The notes under the pieces: model-generated | What the model was told of the DNA's origin: nothing | The model's database searches: none | What the model saw: only the letters and a program-made list of their open reading frames with translations | Translations under genes and position numbers: made by a program | DNA from: Eledone cirrhosa | Lineage: Eukaryota | NCBI GenBank assembly: GCA_964016885.1 | Contig: OZ024743.1 | Coordinates: 293,694,001 to 293,758,000, forward strand | Direction: 5' to 3' | Length of the DNA stretch: 64,000 nucleotides | Shown here: positions 35,659 through 47,979 of the stretch, one piece after another | How the letters are laid out: each line of letters begins with the position of its first letter | Position numbering within the stretch: the stretch's first letter is position 1

Positions 35659-37345
35659 ATTATTTTTATTAGTGTTTCCATAAATCAAATAAAGAACCCA
35701 AAATTTGATGAGAGATTATTACACACACATACACACACATGGAGCTATATATGATGTGGCATATGAACACACATGGGAAAGATATGATGATAGTGGTAAA
35801 ATCATCTCCGGAGAGATGGACAGCAGAAGGTCTTCAAAGAAGAAACCCCCCTCATGCAAGTGTTTCGGCCCTTCTTTAAGGGAGCTGGGCCGCATCCAGG
35901 TCATGACTCCTGGGTCCCTTCTGCTGGTATTTAACCATTTGGAAATCGGAGACTTGTGTACTCTAGCTGGAACACCTCTCTGTTGCCTCTGCTTACAAAC
36001 ATAACGTTGGTAGTCATGGTAAGAGTGAGTTGTCAACAGAAGAGAGAAGGGGACATTCAATACTGAAGCAAGTGTCTCTTTGTTGCTTTAGGCATCTCGT
36101 TGCTGCTTAGCCCCATATGAATCTCTGATTGAACAAACATATGATAAAGTGCATTCTAGCCGTAACCAGCCAGTCCTTTCTCTTGGAAAATGAAACAGTA
36201 CATAATGCGTTCATATGGCATGATCAGTAAGGAAATAGGCTGCTATATCGAGCGTCCGCATATAGGCTCTTGCAGATGGTAGGCTCTTGCAGACGAGATA
36301 ATGATGAAAAAGTTGTGGTGTTTGGATGTGTGTGTGTTTGTGTGTATGTGTTAATGTGTGTATGTGTATTTATTTCTGTATTTAAGAGTTTGTGAATGTG
36401 TACGTGACTGGGTAGATATGTCCCAGTGTGTGTGTGTGTATGTATGTATGTGTGTTGGAGTGTGCATTTGTCATTATATGCGTGTGTATTTATCGGAATG
36501 TGTATGCATATAGATTTGTGTGTGTATTTGTGTGATTGTGACTAGGTGGGCATGTATCTGTGTATGCGTGTGTATCGTAGAAATAATTTGATATAATTAG
36601 AAAGATTTATTGTTTTCTGTTATCCCTGAATGTTGAACCTAGGATAGAATTACATGGATTAGAGGGGGGGGGGGCACCCCTAATCAATTAAATGTAATAA
36701 CACTGGCTTCTTAGGTAGGCGTGAAACTAAGAGAGATTTTTTTAAAAGTTGTAATAAATAGTAGGGTGTGACATCATAAATTCTTCATTTGATGTAAACT
36801 GACAAATAAAAAATACATGATACCCGAATCTAAAGACTTTAAGAAATTGGTTTAGTACTGACTCCAAAGGTATAAATGTCAAATGTGATGTGTCACAGAG
36901 GGAGGGACCTTGTATAATGTCACTCGATCTGTTAGAAATAGCAGCAAAATATCAATAAAATCTAACAATACTCTCTATAAGGAGAACATTAGTTTTTGTT
37001 GTTCTGTATACGCTGCATCTGAAAAAGAAAACATGAAAGTTATTAGCCAAAACATTGCATGGAATAGAAATACTCACATTTCACCACATTCAAATTCACG
37101 ATTACACTTTTAAGTTGACCATTTCTGCTGCCTTGTAAGAAGTTCCTACAATAAGGATGCTACACTATCCGATTAAACTTCATATCGTATTCATCATGGA
37201 CATCCTTGTTTTGGGAAAATGTGCGAAAAATTCTTTTTTTGCGACGGAAAATGCAATATGGTTGTTCTCACAATCAGAAGGTGTTACTGTTTCGGAAGAA
37301 AGTACTTCAGTTTCTTTCAATCTCAACACAAGATCAGGTCATTTT

Positions 37346-37572
37346 CAGGGGCGGTGGAAGCAATTCTGAATTGGGGCGCGGGGAGAGAACAAATTTGAAC
37401 TATTTAGTTGTAGTGGTTAGTTTAGCTCTTTGTAATCTAAAATGCTCAGAAAATTTCGATATGCGATATACATAACATGTACATATCCAAATAAACGTGT
37501 GTTTTGGTAGTTTGGGGAGAAAAATATAAATATTGGAGGGAGCATGTCCTACCCCTAGTTCCACCGCCACTG
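37346..37572. mobile_element. MITE-like element with 14-bp TIRs
   Basis: CAGGGGCGGTGGAA ... TTCCACCGCCACTG (13/14 match); no TSD found. Confidence 0.45.
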
Positions 37573-37683
37573 TATATATATGATTAAAAACAAATTATGG
37601 TCTGTGCCCTTTCCTAAGTGGTTAATATACAGAGCGTCTTCGCATTTGGTAAGAAGCTGGTAATATATACAATTTATTCATCT

Positions 37684-37745
<62 letters not shown>

Positions 37746-37747
<2 letters not shown>

Positions 37748-39263
37748 AGCCTTTGACAGAGTTCCACGTGCTGTAATCTGGTGGGCTCTTAGAAAACTAG
37801 GAGTAGATGAATGGCTTGTGAAAGCTGTACAAGCCATGTATAGGGGAGCAGTCAGCAAAGTTAGGATTAGCAATGAGTATAGCGAGGAATTTAACGTACA
37901 GGTTGGTGTCCACCAGAATTCTGTTCTTAGCCCTCTCCTGTTCATCATAGTCCTGCAGACAATAACGGAGGAGTTTAAGACCGGATGCGCATGGGAACTC
38001 CTGTATGCTGATGACCTCGCACTTATAGCTGAATCTATGGTAGAACTAGAGAAGAAATTCCAAACTTGGAAGCAGGGAATAGAAAGAAAGGGTCTCAAAG
38101 TCAACATGACAAAGACTAAGGTCCTTTTAAGTAGACGAAACAACAGAACCCAGATCCCCTCAGGGAAATGGCCTTGCTCAGTATGTAGGAAGGGTGTAGG
38201 TAGGAACTCCATTCTCTGCTCCCAATGCAAACAATGGGTACACAAGAGATGTAGCGGAATCTCAGGAAGCTTAATTAAGAATGTAGACATCACATGCAGC
38301 AGCTGTACTGGGACAGCAAGCAGCAAACAGCCACAGGAAACAAGTACCACCAATCTCTGGGAGGGCTCTGTAGAAACAGTAGACAGCTTCTGCTACCTAG
38401 GTGACCGAATTAGCAGCGGAGGTGGGTGTTCAGAAAGTACAATAACTAGGGTAAGAACTGGATGGAAGAAGTTCAGGGAACTACTGCCACTGCTAGCTGC
38501 AAAAGGCTTCTCCCTCAAAATGAAAGACAGACTGTATGATGCGTGTATCCGAACAGCAATGTTACATGGTAGTGAGACCTGGGCGCTGAAGGTGGAAGAC
38601 TTACGTAGATTAGAGAGAAACGAAGCCTGCATGCCCCGACGGATGTGTAATAGTAATATACGCGAACGACAAATCATAAATGAATTGAGAGAGAGACTGA
38701 GCATAAGAGGAATCAAATGCTGTGTGCAGGAGAGGCGGTTGCGTTGGTATGGACATGTGATGCGTATGAAGGATGACAGCTGCATAAAAAGGTGCAGAGC
38801 ACTAGAAGTCGATGGAAACCGCGGAGTGGGGAGACCCAAGATGACCTGGGATGAGATGATAAAAGCCGACCTTACCCAATTACACCTCTCAAAGGCGATG
38901 ACACACGACCGTGACCTCTGGCGTCACGCAGTAATACAGAGTACCCGACCTCCCATGGGTACACGCTGAAGCATATAGACAATATGCCCCCACACCCTCC
39001 CACTGCAAGGTGGTCGTGGAGGTGCCACGGCAAAAAAGTACCCAGCCCACACTGTAAAGTGGACGTGTAGGCGCCACGAAAAAGCACCCAGCACTCACTG
39101 TAAATGAGGTTGGTGTTAGGAAGGGCATCCAGCTGTAGAAATCAAGCCAAATCAGTTCCTGTATGAGCAAGGCATGGTCAGCCGACCAGACACTGCCCAC
39201 AACAGGACAACCCGTATAACCCGTGGAAGAACGGACGTAAAACGGTGATGATGATGATGATGA
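37746..39263 (+). mobile_element. 5'-truncated RTE-like LINE inserted in (TA)n, with 3' UTR and (GAT)n tail
   Basis: Starts at KAFDRVP; open frame to 38969; tail GATGATGAT at 39246-39263. Confidence 0.88.
37818..38969 (+). CDS. C-terminal RT (VGVHQ.SVLSP, YADD) with an inserted PHD-like Cys/His finger (CSVC..CSQC..HKRC..CSSC) and an RTE-type C-terminus (RLRWYGHV, GRPK.TW); partial
   Basis: 383-aa ORF. Confidence 0.85.
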   Translation: MKAVQAMYRGAVSKVRISNEYSEEFNVQVGVHQNSVLSPLLFIIVLQTITEEFKTGCAWELLYADDLALIAESMVELEKKFQTWKQGIERKGLKVNMTKTKVLLSRRNNRTQIPSGKWPCSVCRKGVGRNSILCSQCKQWVHKRCSGISGSLIKNVDITCSSCTGTASSKQPQETSTTNLWEGSVETVDSFCYLGDRISSGGGCSESTITRVRTGWKKFRELLPLLAAKGFSLKMKDRLYDACIRTAMLHGSETWALKVEDLRRLERNEACMPRRMCNSNIRERQIINELRERLSIRGIKCCVQERRLRWYGHVMRMKDDSCIKRCRALEVDGNRGVGRPKMTWDEMIKADLTQLHLSKAMTHDRDLWRHAVIQSTRPPMGTR

Positions 39264-39284
39264 TATATATATATTATATTTATT

Positions 39285-39341
<57 letters not shown>

Positions 39342-39574
39342 AGATGAATAAATTGGATATAGTACCAGCTTCTTAACAAATGTGAAGATGTATATATATA
39401 TATATACACATACATTAATGGTGGTGGTGGTGTTTGTTTATTTTGAATATATCTATTTAATTTTCTATCTCGCCATCTGGAAATTGCATGAACTGAATCA
39501 TCATTCTTACACCATTTTGTAGATAAGTTGCCACCCTACACTTTGTAGGTTGTAGAAACCCCAAATAATAAGCC

Positions 39575-41364
39575 CATCAGGGCGAAAAACCGAGAAATCC
39601 CACAAAATTTATACCGGAATTTTGAATATAGCCAAAATGGCCAAATTCTTTGACCTCATCTTCACAAAAAAACACATCAGAGAATTGTGGAGATGGGCTG
39701 TTAATCTCACCTCCCACAGTACTAGTAGCATGGTAAGGATGCCTGTCTGCTGCTATCACCAACAACAACAGTAACAACAACAGTAACAAAAACAACAACA
39801 ACATCAAAACTGTCAGCCAACAATTAGACAGAGGTGGTGGAGGGACGGTAAAAGTGACAAGCCAACAAGCAGCACGCACCGCCTCATTGAAACACTTCGA
39901 TATGTTTAAAACACACCCGACAACAACACCAGCACTACCAACACGAAAACTGTGAATGGCACAAACTAAAACAACGCCATCAACAACAACAGTGACAACG
40001 AGAACAAGAAGAACAACAACGACAACAAAACCACAACGAACAACAGCAACAACAATACCAACAACGGAAAAAACGAAAACAACATCAACAATAAGAACAA
40101 TAACAACAACAAGACCAATAACTGCAACAAGGAAGTAAACGACAAAATATTATTTGCTCAAACCGTAAAGAAAACGGTAAGCTATACTCCGGTAGATATT
40201 TCAAATGCAAATGAGCTTTTGAATAACGCCAGACAATATGTAACTTTTGGGGAGAACGGATCATTCTACATAAACTCTCCCCCAGATTTGCGAAGAGAAG
40301 CAGCCTTGAAAACTGTGATTTTCAGGACAATCTCAAACAAAACACGAAAACCGACTCAACTTTGACATGGCGAAATTGAGTTGGCTTTAAAAAATGCCTT
40401 AAAAGACATTGCTTTTATTCAGAAGGGAATTTATCCATCCATTCTAATGAAAGACCAATTGACGGCACAGAAATATTCTGTGTCGCCAATTGTGTCACCA
40501 CTGTTCACCTTTTCCCCCACTTACATGGGGAAAAGGACACAGAAAATAAAAATCCAAAGTATCACACCAAATATTGATATTTGGTGGGTACTATGTGGAT
40601 TTTTAAACGACGAAACAGACTATATAATTGTTTCTACTTTTGGCACAAGGCCAGCAATTACCCAGTACAATACTGGTACTTTTATCGGTAGGTAAGTCCT
40701 CCGGCGACCTGTTCAGCAGAACTAGCCTGGAAGTTCTGGTCCAAATGACACCAGAACGAATAGCTAGGATCCCGGAACGTGTGTTGCTGGATGGGCTTAC
40801 ATACATAAACGTTTCAGTGGGACCAATCCAGTTGACCACCGAGCCCATTGTCATGATCAAACCGCCACCCTCCTTCAAAAACGAGGGAGAGGCGGTTTTC
40901 CTATGTGTTATGGCTATGGTGAAAGAGGTTATATGGTGGACGAGGTTAAAAGGGCTGAGGTCAGACACCTTTCTCTCCGGCGAGCAATTGATTCGTTTTT
41001 TTCAAATATCATTTTGGAAGAAGAATCAGGATAGAGAGAGAGGTGCTATACCCCAGCAAATTTTATAAAAGGTGGGTGAATGTGGCAAAGATGGCCCGAG
41101 TGGTTGGGCCTTCTCTCTATATAAGCTTGTAGGTTGATGAAAAAGAGGAAGAGAGGAAGGGAGTACTCACTCTTGGTGCTCCTGGAGATGAGGGTTGTGC
41201 ATTTTTTCGGGGTGTGTACAACACCTGTGTAACACCTCCCCCCTATTGGTGATTTCAATTGATATTTGTTATTGTATTAATAGTTTTATTTTCATATACC
41301 TGTATGTAAACTCCTCATTTGTATTTGTCCCCTTCTTTTGTGCCCTTGTGGCTAATAAAGAAAT

Positions 41365-41408
<44 letters not shown>

Positions 41409-41410
41409 AT
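39575..41410 (+). mobile_element. Internally deleted, degenerate Tx1-like LINE (ORF1 remnant joined to the ORF2 3' end) with an (ATCT)n tail
   Basis: 40840-41130 encodes GEAVFLCVMAMVKEVIWWTRLKGL (ORF2 end); 40380-40830 resembles ORF1 of copy 2; 3' UTR motifs are shared; the 5' boundary is uncertain. Confidence 0.7.
40629..40688 (-). mobile_element. 3' fragment of SINE family A
   Basis: TGTTTCTACTTTTGGCACAAGGCCAGCAATTACCCAGTAC. Confidence 0.75.
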
Positions 41411-41689
41411 TAGGGGTCGGCAACCTTTTGGAGAGAGAGGGCCAAACAGCTATGCAGTGTCATGGAGGAGCGCCATGTTATTAAATATGTAAATAAATTT
41501 TCTGGAGGTTTAAAGCAAAACAAGGAATTTAATATAATTTTATTTTAACAAGGCCCCTAATTTTACTGCGGGAATAACAAAAAAACAAAGAAAAAAAAAC
41601 TACAAACACATTCAACACAAAAAAGCAAATTCCTTGTAGGAATAACAGAAAAACAACTACTATCACAATCAACAAAAAAAAAAATAGTA

Positions 41690-43030
41690 TATTTCATTTT
41701 GGAAAAAAGTTGTTCACAAGTATATGTACTTCCAAATAATGATATCATCAGTTTCGCATTAGTCAAGATGTTTTTATATTTTCCGCTTGGCAATATATAT
41801 TTCTTGTAGAAGTGAGCAGTGGATTCGAACTGAAATTTCGATTTCAAAGATTCGTCGTATTATAATTCAATTAACTCCAATTGATAATCTTCTGCCATTT
41901 GCTCCACATCTGGAGTATCAAATAACTTAAATAGAGTTCTATATTGCCGGAAGTCATCAAAACGAGATGAAAACTCGCTTCTCAAATCCTTAATAGAGCT
42001 CACAAAGATGTCTGGTATTATATCTCTCTTGTGATTTTGGAGACTTGGAAAATGAGAGTAGTTTCATTTTTGAAGTTGTGATTCCCACAGTCGAAGTTTT
42101 CTCTCAAAAGCAGTAATTTGACCAAACATCTCAAATACAACCTTGTTCTATCCTTGAAGCTCAAGATTCAAAGTGTTCATGTGGGTCGTGATGTCCACTA
42201 AAAAAGCTAACTTGACAAGCCACTGTGGATCCTGAAAGTAAGAATTATCTTGGTCTTTGCTCTCTAAAAACATAGAAATCTCTTCTCTCAATGCATATAC
42301 TCGTTCCATCATTTTTCCGCGGCTAAGCCATCGAACATTTGAAAAATATGTAAGGTCACCATACTCTGTTTCAATTTGTTTTAGAAATTCTTGAAACTGG
42401 CGGTGATTTAGTCCTCTTGACAGTATAACATTCACTGTTTTCCCGACCAGTGCCATAATGTCCTTAAAATTCAGTGACTTTGCACATAATGCTTCTTGAT
42501 GAATAATTGTTTCTACTATTGGCACAAGGCCAGAAATTACCCAGTACATTACTGGTACTTTATTTTATCGACCCCGTAAGGATGAAAGGCAAAGTTAACT
42601 TCGGCGGGATTGGAACTCAGAATGGCAAGGGCCGTAACTCTATGCGTCAAAGCATGGTGTCCGACCCTCTACCGATACTGCCAATATAATGCAATGAAGT
42701 TTGATTAGTTTTTTATCAATACCGATGTAGTTTTAGAGCAATGCAACAAACCCCTTTTTCTCTCCAACCATTGCTGGTGCTCCATCTGTGATTACTCCAC
42801 AAAGCTTTGATAAATCCAGATTCATTTCGGTAATCCATGTTATTATGCTTTCCAAAATATCTGCTCCAGTTCTAGTGTCCTTCATAGGAATCAATTGTAC
42901 AAATTCTTCCACAATATCAAATGTTGGTGTTACACCCCTCACAAACACTGCAAGTTGACAAGTATCGTTCATATCTGTGGTTTCATCGATAGCAATGGAA
43001 TAATACTCCAGATTATTTAAAATTATTTGA
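41690..43030 (-). pseudogene. hAT transposase remnant (SIAIDETTD, TDGAPAM, HCIIH, VRWLSRG, FGSTYTCEQLFS)
   Basis: ORF fragments 42733-43059, 42148-42549 and 41563-41847; N-terminus missing. Confidence 0.88.
42508..42684 (-). mobile_element. SINE family A inserted in the hAT HCIIH motif, TSD ATAAT
   Basis: Removing the SINE and one ATAAT restores CAT TGC ATT ATT CAT CAA GAA on the minus strand. Confidence 0.85.
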
Positions 43031-44243
43031 CTGGAACAAAAACACATACATGAAATCACAGGAAATAATAATACAGGTGATATAATGCTTGGCGGAAAGC
43101 CCAGAAAAAGATGGGTAAGTGGAAATAATAATAAATGGAAATTATAATAAGGTTACAAAGGTATCTGTAATTATATACGGTATGAGCAGCGATTTGTGAT
43201 GGGAATCAGGTCGGCACAACCTTGAAGTGAACTACTGTATCTGTATTCGATATTAATTAGATGATTAGTGTCCAGTGTAAGATGGCGGATAAAAATCACT
43301 CGAAGGCCGGATGTGGCCCGCGGGCCGGGGGTTAGTACCCGCTGATCTATATACAACTAAAACTCTGTGATTATGTGCTTGTCTGTAATTTAATACAGCC
43401 AAAACTACGCATAATAGGACAATTCTTTGAAAGGAAGTTGTCTCTGAAATTGGAATGCAAATGGAACAAAGGAAGTTTCGCGTAAATCGGAGCACGTGTT
43501 CCCGAGATACGGAGTTTTTCCAGGTACCTTCATAAACAGAGAGAGAGAAAGATAGAGAGAAAGAGATAGTGGTTATGAGAGAGTAGATTGAAAATTTCAT
43601 TTTTACATGATATACATGTCTGTATATATTTTAATTATTTAATGCGGCATATGTTTGTATGTGTGTGCATGTATTATGTATATATGTACAATACTATATA
43701 GGTACGCATGCATCTCCTGCTTTTCTCTGTATCTCTCCATTATTTGTTCACTCTATATTTCTACCTCATTTTATTGGCTATGAAACATTGTGTGTGTTTC
43801 CAATACATACACACATACTTACATATATATATATACATATATATACACACATACATACATAAATACATTTATACATACAGACAGACAAACATACTGACGA
43901 AACATATTTCCACATGTATGTGAATGTGTAAATATATTGTAACCGACGGCCACATAGCATTGTCACCTGATATCATGTCTTTTATCTCCATAACCTTAAC
44001 CTAATGACATCGTCTACATTAACAACAGAAACCAGCACCAATTATTATTTTGTACATTTATATATATATATATATATATATATAAATGTATGCATGTCTG
44101 TGTGTGTATGTATGTTTATATATATATATATACACACACATATACATGCGTATATATATATATATATATATACATATATAAATGTATGCATGTCTGTGTG
44201 TGTATGTATGTATATATATATATTCACACACACACATACATGC

Positions 44244-44954
<711 letters not shown>

Positions 44955-45422
44955 GTGTGTGTGTGTATGTATACATTATGCACAATACGTTACCTGTATA
45001 TATATATGTACATATATATGCTTGCATACACACACGGACATAAAAGTATGAATATGAATACGAAAGTGTTGTTAAAAACGTTCATACAAAAATGTTAATT
45101 ATTACCTATGATTGCAGGTGTTGTCAGATAGCTGTCTGACAGAATATATGACCCCATGAAGAGATACTGATAGGCAAGTGTTATGGGAGAGAGTGAAGAC
45201 ATAGAGAATGTGTGTAAGTATGAGGAAAGGAGAGGGGTAAGGAAGAGAGAGGGGGGAGAGTGTGAGAGAAAGTGAGGGGAGAGCAAAAGAGATGGGCGAG
45301 TTGGAGAAATGTATATGTATGTATGCAAAAAGTAAATAGAAATAACAAAGTAAACGACACAGTACAAACATGTATTTAAATATATAAATATATATACAAC
45401 GCTTGATGTAGTTGGAAAAGGG

Positions 45423-45458
45423 TCTTTATATTTCAGACACTAGTCCTTCATCAGAAGA
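45423..45458 (-). ncRNA. Minimal hammerhead ribozyme motif
   Basis: Minus strand: TCTT-CTGATGA-aGGAC tagt GTCT-GAAA-TA-TA-AAGA. Confidence 0.6.
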
Positions 45459-45489
45459 TAGAATGAAAATTAACAAATAAAATGGAAAA

Positions 45490-45935
45490 ATAGAGAGTGA
45501 TTGCATTGCAACTGACATGCTAGCGGCGAGAATGGTATTAGTCCATTTCTTCAATGCGAAACACGAAGGTGGCATTGTCACGGCTAAGACGCGTGCTCTA
45601 AGAAATGGAGGACCCAAAGCTATTCATTGGGCCCACGTGGCAGAGTGGTAGCAAAACAACACCTCGGTCTGTGATGGACCGAAATGAAGGCGAGCTGAAC
45701 GATTCCAGGTAGTTACATAAGCCCTTTCGCCAGCACTTTGCTTAGCTGTATGGGGGAAATAGGGTGGTAGACAGTATTTCAGTCCCTAACTTGGTGAAAT
45801 ACCGTGTTTCTCGCCAGCCGCTGCTGAGCGCTGCGAAAGGTCGATAACTTCAGCCGAGATTCGGAATGCCCTAGTTGGCTGCACGAGGCGCAAGTCATCC
45901 GATTATGATGGTCAGACCTACGAGCTTTACGTTAG
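45490..45935 (+). pseudogene. Degenerate internal fragment of Tx1 ORF2
   Basis: Nucleotide match to 790-1240 (CATTTCTTCAATGCGAAACACGAAGGT, CCTTTCGCCAGCACTTTGC, CTACGAGCTTTACGT). Confidence 0.85.
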
Positions 45936-46189
45936 TGTACTTGGATCGTTTTATTGATTATTTTGTTGCTGTTATATATATATTTCAGTGGTATCTATTA
46001 TGTAATAGATACGACCGCATCAAACAGCTATTGTGTAATTTCTTCAATGTGTGATACCTCCCGGACCAGCATGATTACATCACAACTTGGAAGGTATACT
46101 GTGTCGAGTACTAAGTATGTCTACATATTGGTTAGTTGATAAATGAGTACAACTTGAGAACAATCAATACCAAAGAACCATTTGTATAC

Positions 46190-46400
46190 ACGTGGCTGAT
46201 CGGTAAGAGAATTGGATTCTCAATCGTGAGGTTGTGAGTTCGATTCCTGGACCAGGCGATGCATTATGTCCTTGAGCAAGACACTTTATTTCACGTTGCT
46301 CCTTCTATCTCGAGTTGCGACCGATAGATAGTATTAGCGATTGAAAAGACCAACGGGAACATTATTTCGTCGGTCCGATTTGACGAAAGTCGATCGACTG
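46190..46400 (+). mobile_element. SINE family B
   Basis: A-box-like TGGCTGATCGGTAAG, B-box GAGTTCGATTCC; matches 26372-26590. Confidence 0.8.
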
Positions 46401-46824
46401 TCGATATATTTAGGAAACAACAAACAAACACAGGTACAAAATGTCTCATTTGTTTCACGCTTCATATGGAATAGGGGAAAGAAAGTTCCACGTGTCAGGC
46501 TTTAGCACTTCTTTAGGAGTACAAAAGTAGAGACAGGATCACAAAGGATAGATAAAGAAAATAAAAGGTAGTCCAAATAAAGTAAAAAAACAATCAAAAT
46601 AATTACTATATATATAAGTATGTATACGTAAATACATATATGTATACATACGTACAGTAGTATGTATATATATATACATACATGCACATATATATATATA
46701 TGTACGTATGGATTGACCGAACATTTATTATAATGCTCGGTGTGTTTGTAAACAAACATCCCGAATTAAGCCGTACAGTGTCTAGCAACCATCGTTGCTC
46801 ATTTGTTCAACCCTGACAAAGGAA

Positions 46825-46865
46825 CGCTGTACTAGTTTCAAGCTTATTAGCTATCGTCAGCAACG
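46825..46865 (-). ncRNA. Type I hammerhead ribozyme
   Basis: Reverse complement of 47191-47231. Confidence 0.75.
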
Positions 46866-47190
46866 TATACCTTCCTGCCAGATGATTGAACGTCTGAAAG
46901 TATATACTTATATCGAGTGAGTTAATCGGCCGGGTTACCGAAAACGATAAACGGAAAAAATGAAACGAAATTTCATTTCTCACTCTTATGTATGTATGTA
47001 TACATACTTATATTCATGTAACAGCCGCACTAAGAGTGAGAAATGTAATTTCGTTTCATTTTTTCCGTTTATCGTTTTCGGTACCTCGGCCGATTAACTC
47101 ACTCGATATGCAAATTAGGCTGCTCAGCCGTTAATATGCATAAGGAAAGTATATACTTTCAGACGTTCAATCATCTGGCAGGAAGGTATA

Positions 47191-47231
47191 CGTTGCTGAC
47201 GATAGCTAATAAGCTTGAAACTAGTACAGCG
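47191..47231 (+). ncRNA. Type I hammerhead ribozyme
   Basis: CGTTG-CTGACGA-tAGCT aata AGCTt-GAAA-CTAG-TA-CAGCG; GUA triplet, palindromic stem III. Confidence 0.78.
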
Positions 47232-47496
47232 TTCCTTTGTTGAACAAATGAGCAACGATGGTTGCTAGACACTGTACGGCTTAATTCGGGATGTTTGTTT
47301 ACAAACACACCGAGCATTATAATAAATGTTCGGAGAATCCATACGTACATATATATATATGCGTGCATGTATGTATATATATATATACATACTACTGTAC
47401 GTCTGTATACATATATGTATGTACGTATACATACTTATATTTAAGTAACAGCCGTACTAAGAGTGAGAAATGAAATTTCGTTTCATTTTTTCCGTT

Positions 47497-47540
<44 letters not shown>

Positions 47541-47979
47541 TAAAAGGAATTCCAACTTTGTTTGATTTACTCGTTTTATTTACAACCCTTTAAAACTTAT
47601 AATGGTATTAGAATGAAATAGTATGGTAGAATATTAAATGTTAAGTGTTAATTGAACAAGTACTTTCGTGCTTTCGCAATCTTCAGGTTCATAATGTATG
47701 GTGACAGTCAAGTTTGCAATTTTCAACTGTAATGAGATGGGTAAATTTTGTGCCTTATATACAGTGAAAAGTGGCTATGCTAACAAGAAATGGAAAAATA
47801 TTATACATAATACCAAAAATAGGACAAAATACATAACGAAACCAAATATAATATCACGACCAAAAGTTCATCAAGCAAACACCAACCGGAATATAAATCC
47901 TCAACAGAGAAAAATCCATTTTTTAACGTCAGGACAACAAAAACCGGTAAAAGAAAAACTCCAGGAGGAAACATACTCA

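Larger units (their letters stand above)
41411..43344 (-). mobile_element. hAT (SPIN/Charlie, GTF2IRD2-like) DNA transposon, internally deleted, 8-bp TSD ATCTATAT
   Basis: TIR-like TAGGGGTCGGCAACC / GGTTAGTACCCGCTG; ATCTATAT at 41403-41410 and 43345-43352. Confidence 0.88.
46610..47497. mobile_element. Large fold-back element with two opposed hammerheads; same family as 15300-15955
   Basis: 46610-46990 is largely the reverse complement of 47010-47440. Confidence 0.75.

Noticed and set aside
46190-46262. tRNA gene candidates in SINE heads (also 26510-26590 and 62170-62249)
   Set aside because: A and B boxes are present but there is no complete cloverleaf, and they continue into SINE bodies
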